In this document: one piece after another, positions 53,601 to 64,000 of the stretch
Layout of the letters: every line of letters begins with the position of its first letter
How positions within the stretch are numbered: position 1 is the first letter of the stretch
Source: Acanthaster planci
Taxonomy: Eukaryota
Length of the DNA: 64,000 nucleotides
Assembly (NCBI RefSeq): GCF_001949145.1
Contig: NW_019091356.1
Span: forward strand, 1,677,667-1,741,666
Reading direction: 5' to 3'
The notes under the pieces: model-generated
What the model was told of the DNA's origin: nothing
What the model saw: only the letters and a program-made list of their open reading frames with translations
Databases searched by the model: none
Position numbers and translations under genes: made by a program

Positions 53601-56600
53601 GAACGTAATCTTGTACCGCATCTACTTTGCATTTGTCGAGGACCAGGATGTATAACTATCATGTCGTTTATTACCACTGAATTGGATGCGTAAATTTGTT
53701 TACAATATAGTTCCCTATTCAATCGTATTCGTCTTGTTTCTCACAACGGATGCATATCGACCCTCTCCTCTGTTTAATGCACGAGACGTGACTTCAGATG
53801 ACCCATGGACTGAGTTCACTTCCAGTGTTCGTAAAGAGACAGGCAGACCTCCATGAGAACTTCAGATGGCCGATTTGACTCAGTCTAATACGGGCTTACT
53901 CTCGCGGCTTAACCCGTAAGCCCTGTTGTTCTGCAGCGATTCCTGTCTTTCTTTCGGTCCTTAACAATCACTTGGAAGGAATATTGCCCAAGTAACGTAA
54001 CCCCCGACACTCGTCTTGTTTCGATAGACGGGCCAGTTGCTCAGACACGCGGTGCCACCGTAATCGTCGCCTGCTGCACATCGCGCTTCTCCGACGCATA
54101 CTAAAGCCTGTCTTTTACGACTCCTGACGTCATCCTTCTGTCGTGTCCTCTGTTTTTTCTTTGCTAAAAAACCCGTGGCGGATTGATTTCAACTCCCCAT
54201 TTGAGCGAGCTCGATTTACCCGTGCGTGCCGGTCTTTAAACGCCATTTCTCCGACTGATTGTTTTCCTTTTCCGCCTCGGCTGGTTTTTCCGCTCCCCCC
54301 CCCCTCGAAGAGATACAGAGTCCGGTAGACGGTTACCAATTCGACTTTTTAATGTTCCGTTCTTTGATTTTGGATTAAACCAGTCGGAGACTGGAAACGT
54401 GATCCACTGGCTCACGTAATGTCCGCATGGAGGGAGAAGTTATTGAGATAGGCATAGATATGGATTGCTCTGAGGAAGGGCAGAGTATTTTCATTTTAAT
54501 TACCCGCCGTCGACAAACGACAACCATTGTCTGCAAATATCACGTGGTACAAAATGTTGTACCGCCAGTCAAAATTTTAAGCAGCGGCGTTTCGGAGTCG
54601 AAAGAGCTTCATGACTGCAGCAAAGCATACAAGCCAATCTTCTAAGTGCTTTAAAAAAATCCTCAACAGAAAAAAAAAATTACCTCCAATCAAATGCAAA
54701 GGCTTTGAAAATGAAATTAGACGTTTGCAAAACATGGTATGCTGCAAACTGCCCAGACTGATTTTGCTTCAGGCCATTTTTTCGTTAGATAACGTGCATT
54801 TCATGCATGTGGACTTTGAGAAACAAGATTAAGTTCTTGCAACACTGCACATAATAGGCATACGAAACCAGATGGAAAACACGCATCCTTTTTTCGTACT
54901 CTCTCAAGCCGAATATGATCATCAAACATTAACTTTAATGCAGCCCCGGTTCTTGACAGCGGTTTTCGAAAGGCCCACTTGAAATGACACACATCCAAAC
55001 AGAAACTCGCATGAATTACTTTCAAAATGGCCAAACGCAGTGAGGGGAGAAATAATCCATCTTCTTAAGCCCCTAAAATAGTCTCCAACGAGGACGTTGA
55101 CGTTTGTCCGTGGTTTCCTGTAATGTCTTTCCAGTCTGTAGATTACGCCCGAGATGATGCATCGGCTAACAGTAAGCAGCGGAAATGTGTAACTGATATT
55201 CAGCCCTTGCTATGAACTCAATTTGAAGATGTCAATACTAACGTCTTGTAGTCAAAATGACACGCAAACTTACCCTCGGCTCGTCTTTGTTTTTCCCTTA
55301 GTTCTCCCCTCGAGGTCTCGAGACACAAGCTGAGCTTCTTGCGGACATCGCCAGTTCTGTAACGATAGCAATCGATTTATTATCTCTGTTATTTAGGGTA
55401 AATCCGATCGACCTAATTCTATGCGATTTCCTCGCCTGTGCAGCCTTCAGCGCCTGCGCACAACCCACACGCACCATATCGATCAACACATTTTAATGCT
55501 AAAGCATTATTACACAGCTATCTGTTTCCTCAAAACTGAAATATTGCTTCTCGATGTAAACACTACGTTTGTATCTTGTGAGACTTATTGCCAAAAAAAA
55601 TCACACAACTTTCTTCTATTGTCAATTTTCTACTATAACTCTTACATTGTAGCTTAGGTAAGGCAAGTTGAAGCAGAAATTTTCAGTGAGTCTGTAATGA
55701 TAAACGCGGGCGCAAACGGTTCAGCTGTAAGATGTGTCATTTTCTCCTAAATTCAGGCTATTTTCCGTAGTGTCTATAGAGAGGCTTTGCGCGGTAGCCA
55801 TGTTGCAGGGCAGTTATTTTGTTCCATAGGGGAACCCTCCCGTGTGCATACCCCGTGCAACAAAGGCACTAGCCTGCAAAATGACAACCATACAAACCCT
55901 CTACTCACAATTTGTTGAGATAAATCTTTTTGGGGTGGTTCATCTACAGTAACAGTTCTGATGACAATTCTGTCTTACATAAACGTTAAAGTAGACTTAT
56001 TATCAAGTTTAAATACTTTATAATTTATTTGTTTTTATCGTACTCTGAACTATGCACGCGCTACACTCAAATAAATTTGGTTCTTCGAGTGAAGTGGCAC
56101 GAATTTCCGCAAATCACCGAACCTCGTTGGCAGCTATCAACACTGCAATGGCCCTGTAAACTCACACTATCGCCTCTGAGAGTAAACCCGCATCAAGGAA
56201 TACATAACAACTGACGAAATTGACATTCACGTCGCGTCACCATCTAAATCATAAGACATGACGTTCATGCGTTTGCAGCCAAAACACATACAACATTCCC
56301 TGTGAGTGTTCTTTTTTTTTTTTACTCGAGGGATATTAAGAACCTCAGTCAATGCTGATTTCGATCTCCTTGCTGAATGCGATTAGAGGTTTTGGGATTT
56401 CACTTGAACCGATACCTCGATTTTTTTTCTCATAACGTGGGTACGTGTAATTACTTATTTATATCCCGTGCGGGCAGGATCTCTCCGTGACTTTCTGGAG
56501 GGGCGAGTTGCAGAAGTCTCGGGTTCGGAGTCCCTCCATGACAGTGCTGTAAATTGTGCCAAACGTCCTAAATTTGTAATGAGGAGAATTTCTTCAAACC

Positions 56601-57400
56601 AGAGATGGCACAGTCAATAATATGGAACGGGCTCGTCGATCTCCACTGAGTTGGGACTTTTCGTACTTTGCGTGCCGCGGGACCTTGAACGAACAAGGGG
56701 TTTCGTACGTGCCATTTAACTGACCCCAGCAACAAGAGATTGACCAGTATCTGCACGATATTTAGCCCATATAGCCATACAAAAATCGAGACAAGAAAAT
56801 GGACCGTACACTGAACTGGACGACGAAGGGAGCAAGTACTTAGTGAGCGAAAGATCGAATGATCCTGTCGACAACTCACGCATGACGAATATCACCACAT
56901 AAAATCTGTCTTTCCTCTTTTACTTTGACAAATACTGAAAATGGAAATTTTTTTCGCAGCATTGGCAGGTTACCTCCATTACAATAACCCAATGGTTTGA
57001 TGCAAGACATTTTTGTTAACATTCTCAAAGACTGAAGAGCAAGTTGTTTTTACCATCCTTTGGGCTCAAATCGTCCAGTGTTATTCAAACAAATGACAGT
57101 CTGCCTCCTTTCTCTCTCCCCCCACCACCCCACTCCCCTCTTGTGAATGCAGCGATGCAAGCCTTCGAGTCCGGACAGTTCCGTCGGCATCTTCCCCGCT
57201 TCGGACGGAATTTCAACATGCCGCCAGAGGGCGTGGTCGAGGCGGAGCCCGACAAACAGCTGAACGAGATCCTCAACACGGTACCCGCAGACGCCGACGA
57301 GCTCTTGGAGCCGGGCATGACTGCCGGCAACAAATGGCACCTACCCCTCGACAAGCAACTACTCAAGTACTTCTGGTCGCGGAAGTCGCGTAGCACCTAG
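47568..57400 (+). CDS. PrRP: PrRP/sNPF-type (echinoderm 'NPY-like') RFamide neuropeptide precursor, 106 aa, two coding exons (47568-47640 + 57153-57400)
   Basis: Spliced product: MDLKLFLLVGLCCLVRA|QSDMRDKAMQAFESGQFRRHLPRF-G-R|NFNMPPEG...KYFWSRKSRST*. It has a signal peptide, N-terminal Gln, and RF-Gly-Arg amidation/cleavage site. Phase-1 GT-AG intron (AAA G|GTAAGG ... TGCAG|CG ATG). Strong resemblance to the recalled Asterias rubens peptide pQDRSKAMQAERTGQLRRLNPRF-NH2. Confidence 0.9.
47859..48551. mobile_element. MITE (~690 bp), 3-bp TSD AAT, PIF/Harbinger-like
   Basis: TIRs GGGTGGTATGAATGAAAAGTAGCA / TGCTAGTTTTTATTCATACTACCC with AAT on both flanks; internal AGCATTT(A/G)CT repeats and inner inverted AATAAGCAGTTGCTT / AAGCAACTGCTTATT. 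Confidence 0.8.
50065..50193. mobile_element. Short inverted-repeat element with (C)ACTGTAAAA-type ends
   Basis: TACTGCAAAAAC ... GTTTTACAGTG; internal GGTGTTAA / TTAACACC. Confidence 0.45.
55777..55903. mobile_element. Short palindromic MITE-like element
   Basis: TAGAGAGGCTTTGCGCGGTAGCCATGTTGCAGG pairs imperfectly with CCTGCAAAATGACAACCATACAAACCCTCTA. Confidence 0.55.
57153..57400 (+). CDS. PrRP: Neuropeptide precursor coding exon 2 (rest of mature RFamide + C-terminal associated peptide)
   Basis: Long pyrimidine tract then TGCAG acceptor; AMQAFESGQFRRHLPRFGR...; GC3-rich codon usage unlike the flanks; TAG 57398-57400. Confidence 0.9.
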
Positions 57401-58901
57401 GTCCCCTGCTTTGCTCAACCAAAGTCCCCCCTCACTACCTTTTAGATTCAAAAGAGCACCACCACCCAACCAAAGATTTACGACTTGAATATATTTTCCA
57501 AACTTTCCTTTTTAAGCGTAGTTAGCCTGGATTTCGAATTGTCTGGAAGGGAACTTCGAAAAGTAGGTCGCACAGTTGCAATGACATTTCCAGTGCGTAA
57601 CTCTGAAACGTGTCAACTCCGAAAAGAGTTATCCTAGTCGCTCTCCGATCGAAGAGTGTGCTGACAGAATTTCTAAACTTGTGCTTGCATGTCAAGACAG
57701 GTGCGAACAAAACGGGGGAAAAGTTCAAGTTTACCGAATGGTTGACAATGTGGAATTAGTGTCGTTTTAAGTCCCAAATCGTGCATTTTCGTGCAATTCT
57801 CTTCTTCAGTATCTGCGGTTCCGGAAAAAAAACCACCCAAATTTGTGTCAAATGGCTCGTTGGTTGAACGTGTTTTTTATGCGGGCAAATTTCTGTTAAG
57901 AGGATTTGTGTGCCCTCTGGTGGACCAGGTTGGCTTGGCCAGGCCGGGGATGAATAATGAACATGAAATCTGCACGTGGCCTTTTGCAAAGTCACATCCT
58001 TCCTCTTGGGTAGATAATATCTCAGTTCTGGGGACGAGCCGAGAGACTACCATCCTAGAGGAGGGTTTGACTTTTCAAACTCAAGTTTGAAAATCTCATA
58101 TTCACCCCAAGAAAACACATTGTTTCTTGTCATCTACTGGACGTGTACTTCCTGACAACTGGCAGTTTTAATGGGCTCAAAATTATCGAAGGAGACAGAA
58201 TATTTTTTAAAACGTTCCCACATGGTTTGTTTGACACCAAATTATTTTACTTATGGATTCTAGGTGTGACGTGTTTTTTTTTAAAGTACGCACCAAAGGA
58301 TTTTTCCCACAACTGTCGACTGGTTGATGTGACTAATTAATCACTGTGTATTCGTTTTTTCGGTTCATAATCTGTGTCATGAAGTGAAAGTGGGAAAATA
58401 TTGGAAAACAGCCGTCGACTTGGATGCTCTCCGCGAATCATTGAAGGGAGAGCTTCGAAATTTTAACATCAACGTTTTTGTGCTTCGTGTTTGCCAGCCC
58501 GACACCTAAGTTTTTGACTGATATGTCTGCTTGCTTTACGGTCGTTCTGTCGTTATACGAGATCCAGTTTATGCTTTTCACAAAAGTGAGCGAAACAAGA
58601 ACTTGATAACCCTCGCATTACGATCAGTATAATGTCGTATAAACTTCAACGTTAGAGCGTCAGATTTTGTAGCAATGCCCCATTTTCCGTTTTCAATGCC
58701 ATTATTATACACCTTAGATTCGAAGCACTGTTGTCGAGTTTTGTTTGCACTTAAATGCTTGGAATCATTGGAAGAATATGCCCAATCTTATCACCGTTAA
58801 TGCCTGTACATAATTATGGACTAGAAATGCTATTTGATGCGTTATGTTATGGCAGAAATCACAGCGACATTTAATAACAAATTAGGAATTCGTTTATATG
58901 A

Positions 58902-58990
58902 AATAAACTGTATATGTTCACATAAAATCTGAAGCAAATGTGAGGATTGAATTCCTTTTGGTTCTTTGACATGTTCTTGGTCTTTCTTTT
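58902..58990 (+). terminator. Candidate polyadenylation signal of the neuropeptide gene (3' UTR ~1.5 kb)
   Basis: First AATAAA seen after the stop (58902-58907), followed by a T/GT-rich tract at ~58952-58990. Confidence 0.55.
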
Positions 58991-59066
58991 ACAATCCGAA
59001 TAATGTCGTCTGTTGGATGAAAAAACCCCTCTGGTGACTTACTACCATACCGGTAACGCTAAAACC

Positions 59067-59424
59067 AATAAGCTTTTTGCGAGTTAAATTTGAACAAAGT
59101 CTGGTACACTGAGTTCTTTAAATTCACGTGAGCATAACAATTGGAATTCTCCGTACTATTTCACTGTTGCTATACCTCGTGATTCGGAGCAAGCTTTTCC
59201 TTAGTTACATAAGAGACGCCTTGCAACAACACACAATGGAAAAGAAGGGCACGAAGGAACCAGTCCATTTAAGAGATGGTGGTCGATAAGCAAAAGCTTG
59301 CCCCGAATCACGAGGTATAGCAACAGAATCTTTAGACTTGGGAATTCACATGGTTATGTTTATGTGCAATCAGATAACTCAGTGTACCAGATTTTATCCC
59401 AATTTAACTCGCAAATGGCTTATT
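59067..59424. repeat. Long inverted repeat / foldback (arms ~135 bp, loop ~85 bp)
   Basis: Perfect 24-bp pairing 59164-59187 / 59303-59326, 14-bp pairing 59077-59090 / 59401-59414, and TCTGGTACACTGAGTT / AACTCAGTGTACCAGA in between. Confidence 0.85.
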
Positions 59425-60358
59425 CGGCTAGTAGTTTTCACCTCTGACATCCTAAATTTTCACTACGAACAATCACTTGCGGAGATTACATAGAGAAAAT
59501 TATGCAACTGCACAGCTTATAGGTGACGCTTCGTGTATACTTTCTTGTAACACACAAAAGACAAACAATAGTGCACTCAGATTTCACAAAAGCTGCCTCA
59601 TTATCTCGTCATGCATTCCTGCATCATGCACGCGTGCTAGCGACTTCACTTCTTGGTGCCAGACAGTGACCTCTCGGGCTCCAGAATTTATTTCTCGCAA
59701 AATTACTGATGTTATTCAGAAGGCCAACTTCCACACTCTGTTGGGAGCAGGGGCTCTCGTGGATTTCTAACGTGGCCTTGCACGCAACACATCAGAACCT
59801 GTTCAGAATGGACGCCATTAGCGCCAGACCTCTCCACCGGATTTGAAATGTTGGTGGGTGTCTATTTGCGTTGCTGCGAGGAACGCACACAAGGCACTTA
59901 CTTCGACATAAATTACGAAGTGGTATGGACAGATAAGCCTTACACTCGCTTTATATAGTTATCGGGCAAGCGCAACCCATCGTGTACGATTTGCTGGCAG
60001 ATGACTTCAGGACTGCGAAAGATGGCGATATACGACACACAAGATGAGCAAAGTCTCCTACACAGGCATGATTTCCTAGAACATAAATCACAGTCATATA
60101 CAGCGGTCATGGCCGAAAAGTGGGCTTTCGCGCGCGGCCAAGAATAGATTTGATATCGGTTCCTTGGAGGGTGGTGAATAAAAATGTGCAACTACCAGGA
60201 ACGAGAGGGAGAGAGCAGACGATGTCCTGTGAATCTTTGATACGCTGCATAGTATTGTCATGAAACGAAGCAGAAGATTTCACCTGTCGAAAACTTTATC
60301 TTAAATTTCCCAGTTCGTTGCAATCATATTTTAAAAATAATCATTACCGCTAATGGGT

Positions 60359-60583
60359 CATTAGGGAGACATTCCCATAAGAACGTGCACAAAATTTTTC
60401 CAACTTTACTGTCCCATAATTTAATATTCCCTAATCTGATCTGAACCAAACTTTGTATGTTTTCATTGTAGGCCTTAAACTATCATCTCTCAAAATATGG
60501 ACCGTAAAATTCGGCCTCCTTCTGGTAGTTTGAAAATAGGGAGACACTGAAATGTCTCCCTAAAAGCCAATGTCTCCCTAATG
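60359..60583. mobile_element. MITE-like element with 15-bp TIRs
   Basis: CATTAGGGAGACATT / AATGTCTCCCTAATG, plus a subterminal palindrome TAGGGAGACACTGAAATGTCTCCCTA. Confidence 0.65.
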
Positions 60584-63500
60584 CTGAAAAATTTACCACA
60601 ACATTTCTCCCAAATAACCTATTTGCAACTATAAATACTATAATATCCAAGAAACGTCGTTACCGTGGTGTCATTCCACTCACTTACCTTTGCTTAAACC
60701 TGATGTGGGCGAAGGAAAAACCTCCACTGGTCAAAGAGGCAAGTACGGTAATACTGTAAAGCCCATATACAATCTTCTAAAAAGCGCTACATTGCATTAA
60801 ACAATGCTCAGCAACGCCACGTGCTACGCAAACACGGTAGGGCAACCAGTCGCAAGTTATGTACAACGCATAACATGTTGGCTGGTAACCCACATTTGCT
60901 AAGAAAAAACAGTTTGAAGCTCCGGATGTTTCTGCGTTAGGCCCTACCTCTGATCAGGTCTATGGCATTGGTTCCTGGTCGGAAAATGAAAGGCGCTAAA
61001 GTAACACAGAAAGCTCTTGTTTACTGTTTGTTACCAGGATTCTTGTTCTACGGTAAAGGACACATTTTCTGTCTTTACAACTAGTAATGGCCACAGCTAA
61101 TGGTCATTTTGTTTCACAATGTGGTCAACCTGAAAGATAAGGGTTTGAATCCTAAAAGACGTAAAACAGAGTGTTTCTCACTTAGATGTTGCAAGAAGAG
61201 TTCGAGCAATCTGTAAAGAATGTTCAATACTTTCATACTTTCTCTTCGTTTAAAAAGAAATCCATAAAATTAAAACATACATAAAAACAGCTCCGACAGG
61301 TTGTGGGTGTAACTAAAATATTTATGACGAAAGCACGGCGAAATTCGAATGAGGGAGATGAGGCCTGATACATTAAGATGAAATGTGATAAAAGGATCAA
61401 TATCTGTAATAGTGTCAGTGGAAACTCGTCTGTTTGGATGTTTGTTTTCCTTAAAGGGAATACAATTCATGGTGGATGGAACCGCGTTCTTGTTTTCAAT
61501 CATCGCTTTGAAATTTACGCACAATATTGGTTGACAGCATCATGTGCTTTGATGATGGAAATATCAAGGTGGCTGTCATTACGATTTTATAAGAAACTCA
61601 TCGAGATTGTGGCCGTCGTGTGTAGTTGGCATTAATCGAGTTAAGAGTGAGTCATTGAATTCCATGCTATGAGATCTGACGGCACGGGGTTGCGTCGCTC
61701 TCAACACGAGTTGACGTGGTGTGAAACTCTTGTCTATCAAGCCGTGTGCGGCCGGACGTGGCGTACATTCGCCCAGGGGGGTCAAGACAGCAAATCGATG
61801 TTGGAGCCCCCCAGGGAGATCCCGTCCACAGCAGCCCGACGGTGTCCGTTTAGAGCGGCAGAAAGAAAGAGGGGCGGTGACGACATTGAGGCGAGCTTCG
61901 CCCACCGACCCTCATCAATCGCTCCATGCTGCTCCGTGAAACAAGAAACATCACATTGCCCCCCCCCAAAAAAAAAGCGGTAGACGGGCCGGGGGTTCGT
62001 GTTTCACCCGGCAATGAGTGCGAGCCCACGGTCGGTGGATCCCGTTGCGCTGCCGTACTTCCGCGCCCTCTCGATCGGTGGATTAGGGACAGCAGGCTGC
62101 TGGGTTTATGCCAGACCATTACTTTCTACTACACCAGCAACCAAAATATTGGACATGGAACCGGAGGGGACAAGATCATCAATGGATCCCTCGTGCGACT
62201 GCCCATGCGAAATCGGTTCCAACCTCGTCTTCTGCCTTAATGCACTTACACAAACATTCATAAATGAAGGATTATTGACCAACAGGAACGGGGATTTCCT
62301 GCAATTAAAAGAGAAACAAAAACAAAATCAGGTTCGCAGATTTGCGTCTGATCAGAGGCAGCACGGTGTGAATGGCAATTTACGTTTTCTTTTCATGATA
62401 GTCTGATCGGCAACTGTGAGGCATTCACACGCCCATGCGTGGTTGGGGCGTCACGTCGTCAGTGAGTCGTGATATTGCAGATCCCCTGCGCCAAATAGAA
62501 AAATCTAACAGCCCCCGGGCCCCCGGGCCCCCGCTCCAATTAAGGCATCGCTGGCCCACCACATGCTTCCTCGTTCAATCTGTGAGAAAACAGTGAAGGG
62601 GAGACGCTCGGGGGGGGGGAGTTAAGGTTGGACACGCGTGCCGAGCCGAAGTGAGGCACTCAGTTCCCGACGCAGGGATAGCAAGCACGAGGAATTGGCC
62701 CCAAGGGTGCGGTCGTGGGTCCCCCACTCTTAGCATACAAATTGCGCCTTAATTGGACGCGCACGTCTCGTTTTTTTCTCTGTTGTTTTTCCCTCAAAGT
62801 GTCTCAAAGGACGCGACAGAATGTGTAAACGAGGTGGGCCGAGAACTGTCACCAGTTGTGGGTATAGTCTCGACTCCAACGTGAAGGCCAGTCTAGACAT
62901 CACGATGCTTAAAGATGGTGTCAAGAGCTGTTATAATAAGGACTCACTCCAAGTGCCTGGGTCACTGAATGACCTGAACTACACCATTCTTTGAATCTGG
63001 AAACTATCGGGAAACGAATACAACCTGCCCACGATTTACAATCGCGGAGAGTTTCACTGTTTCGCTACACGTGTATAAGGTTTGATCTTAAAAGTTTTGC
63101 ACTTTTTCCAACAACACCTTCTTCATTTGAAAAGCGAAAATCCGGCGATAAAATTCTGTGTCAAAGTTGCGTGGTCGCGTCCACGCGCTTCACTCCCCTG
63201 ACGCCGAAGCGTCAGCAAAGAAACTTGAGAATTACATTCACCAAGGCTGCACAATCTGTAAGGGATTACTTCTTTCCGGATCATTCCTGCTCGAGGATGC
63301 CGCTGTACTTTTTTGGGAATCTCGCGGGACAAAGGAAAATGCACTTGTCCATCCATCCTGAAGAGCTATGCATATCCTCGAGAGTGAGCCAGGAGGGGTC
63401 AGTGTTCTCACGCGTAACTTGCTGCTCCAGGGCGGAAACATAAAAGAACCATCCGCCTTCAGAGGCGAAAATTTTCACCGCCGAGAGACCTGCATTGCCG

Positions 63501-64000
63501 GCGAGCTTTTAAAACAATTTCAGAACAAAACGGACCCACGCAAACGTGAAAGATGAAGTGGGAGGTAAAAATTGAATGGGGGAAAAATTCTCGAGGTGCA
63601 GCAAGAAGTCTCCGACATGACAAAAACAACGTTGGGTTCTTAGAAATACTTCTCGCGAGCGAACTTTACATAATTAACACCGCGAAGGGTGAAAGACCCA
63701 TCGTAGATCACGTGTAGGACGCCATATCACTGAATACGGCCGTATAAGTGTCCCTCGCGGTCACATCAACCGTTTAAGGACCACGTCGGCAGAAGACCCA
63801 TGATATTAGTGAGACGTTATTACACCGTCCAACATTATTATTTTTACAACATTACCAACAAGGCGTTTTGTGCTGGGCCAAACGCATGATCGACAAACCG
63901 ATCCCAGACATTAAAAAATATCGATTTCACTGCAGGCATGGTACATCATATAGGAATTATCTCACGGTAATATCTAGTCTTAAAATCGGCACGTATTCGT

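Noticed and set aside
56766..56901. Alternative terminal exon for the neuropeptide gene (AHIAIQKSRQENGPYTELDDEG...)
   Set aside because: Phase-compatible after tttag, but the pyrimidine tract is poor and there is no amidation motif or recognisable homology.
47568..57400. Calling the peptide a true NPY/NPF
   Set aside because: It lacks the R-x-R-F/Y consensus (here LPRF), is only 24 aa, has no PP-fold prolines, and the intron is not in the C-terminal Arg codon.
60600..64000. A third gene among the 100-150 aa ORFs at the window end (and other long ORFs such as 2154-2645, 41905-42348, 42715-43179, 52016-52408)
   Set aside because: Mostly non-ATG starts, Arg/Ser/Cys-rich random composition, no domain motifs and no consistent splice chain.

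Overview
Eukaryotic (intron-rich) genomic DNA, most likely from an asteroid echinoderm (starfish); this is inferred from the neuropeptide sequence and has not been verified. Most entries in the ORF track are spurious. Two spliced + strand genes can be built by hand. (1) 1-26206: the 3' 21 coding exons (~891 aa visible, 5' end lies upstream of the window) of a single-pass receptor guanylyl cyclase of the natriuretic-peptide-receptor type. It has an extracellular ligand-binding domain, TM helix, kinase-homology domain, dimerisation helix and an intact class III guanylyl cyclase domain. All introns are GT-AG and all phases join in frame. (2) ~42980-58930: a neuropeptide precursor gene that the ORF track misses. 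It has a putative non-coding exon 1 behind a CCAAT/E-box/CRE/TATA-like promoter, a signal-peptide exon (47558-47640) and, after a 9.5 kb phase-1 intron, a final exon (57153-57400). The 106-aa precursor yields predicted pQSDMRDKAMQAFESGQFRRHLPRF-amide, an echinoderm PrRP/sNPF-type (formerly 'NPY-like') RFamide. The remainder is intronic or intergenic DNA containing MITE-like inverted-repeat elements, a tRNA-derived SINE, tandem repeats and enhancer-like TAAT clusters. No prokaryotic systems, CRISPR arrays, rRNA or true tRNA genes were seen.
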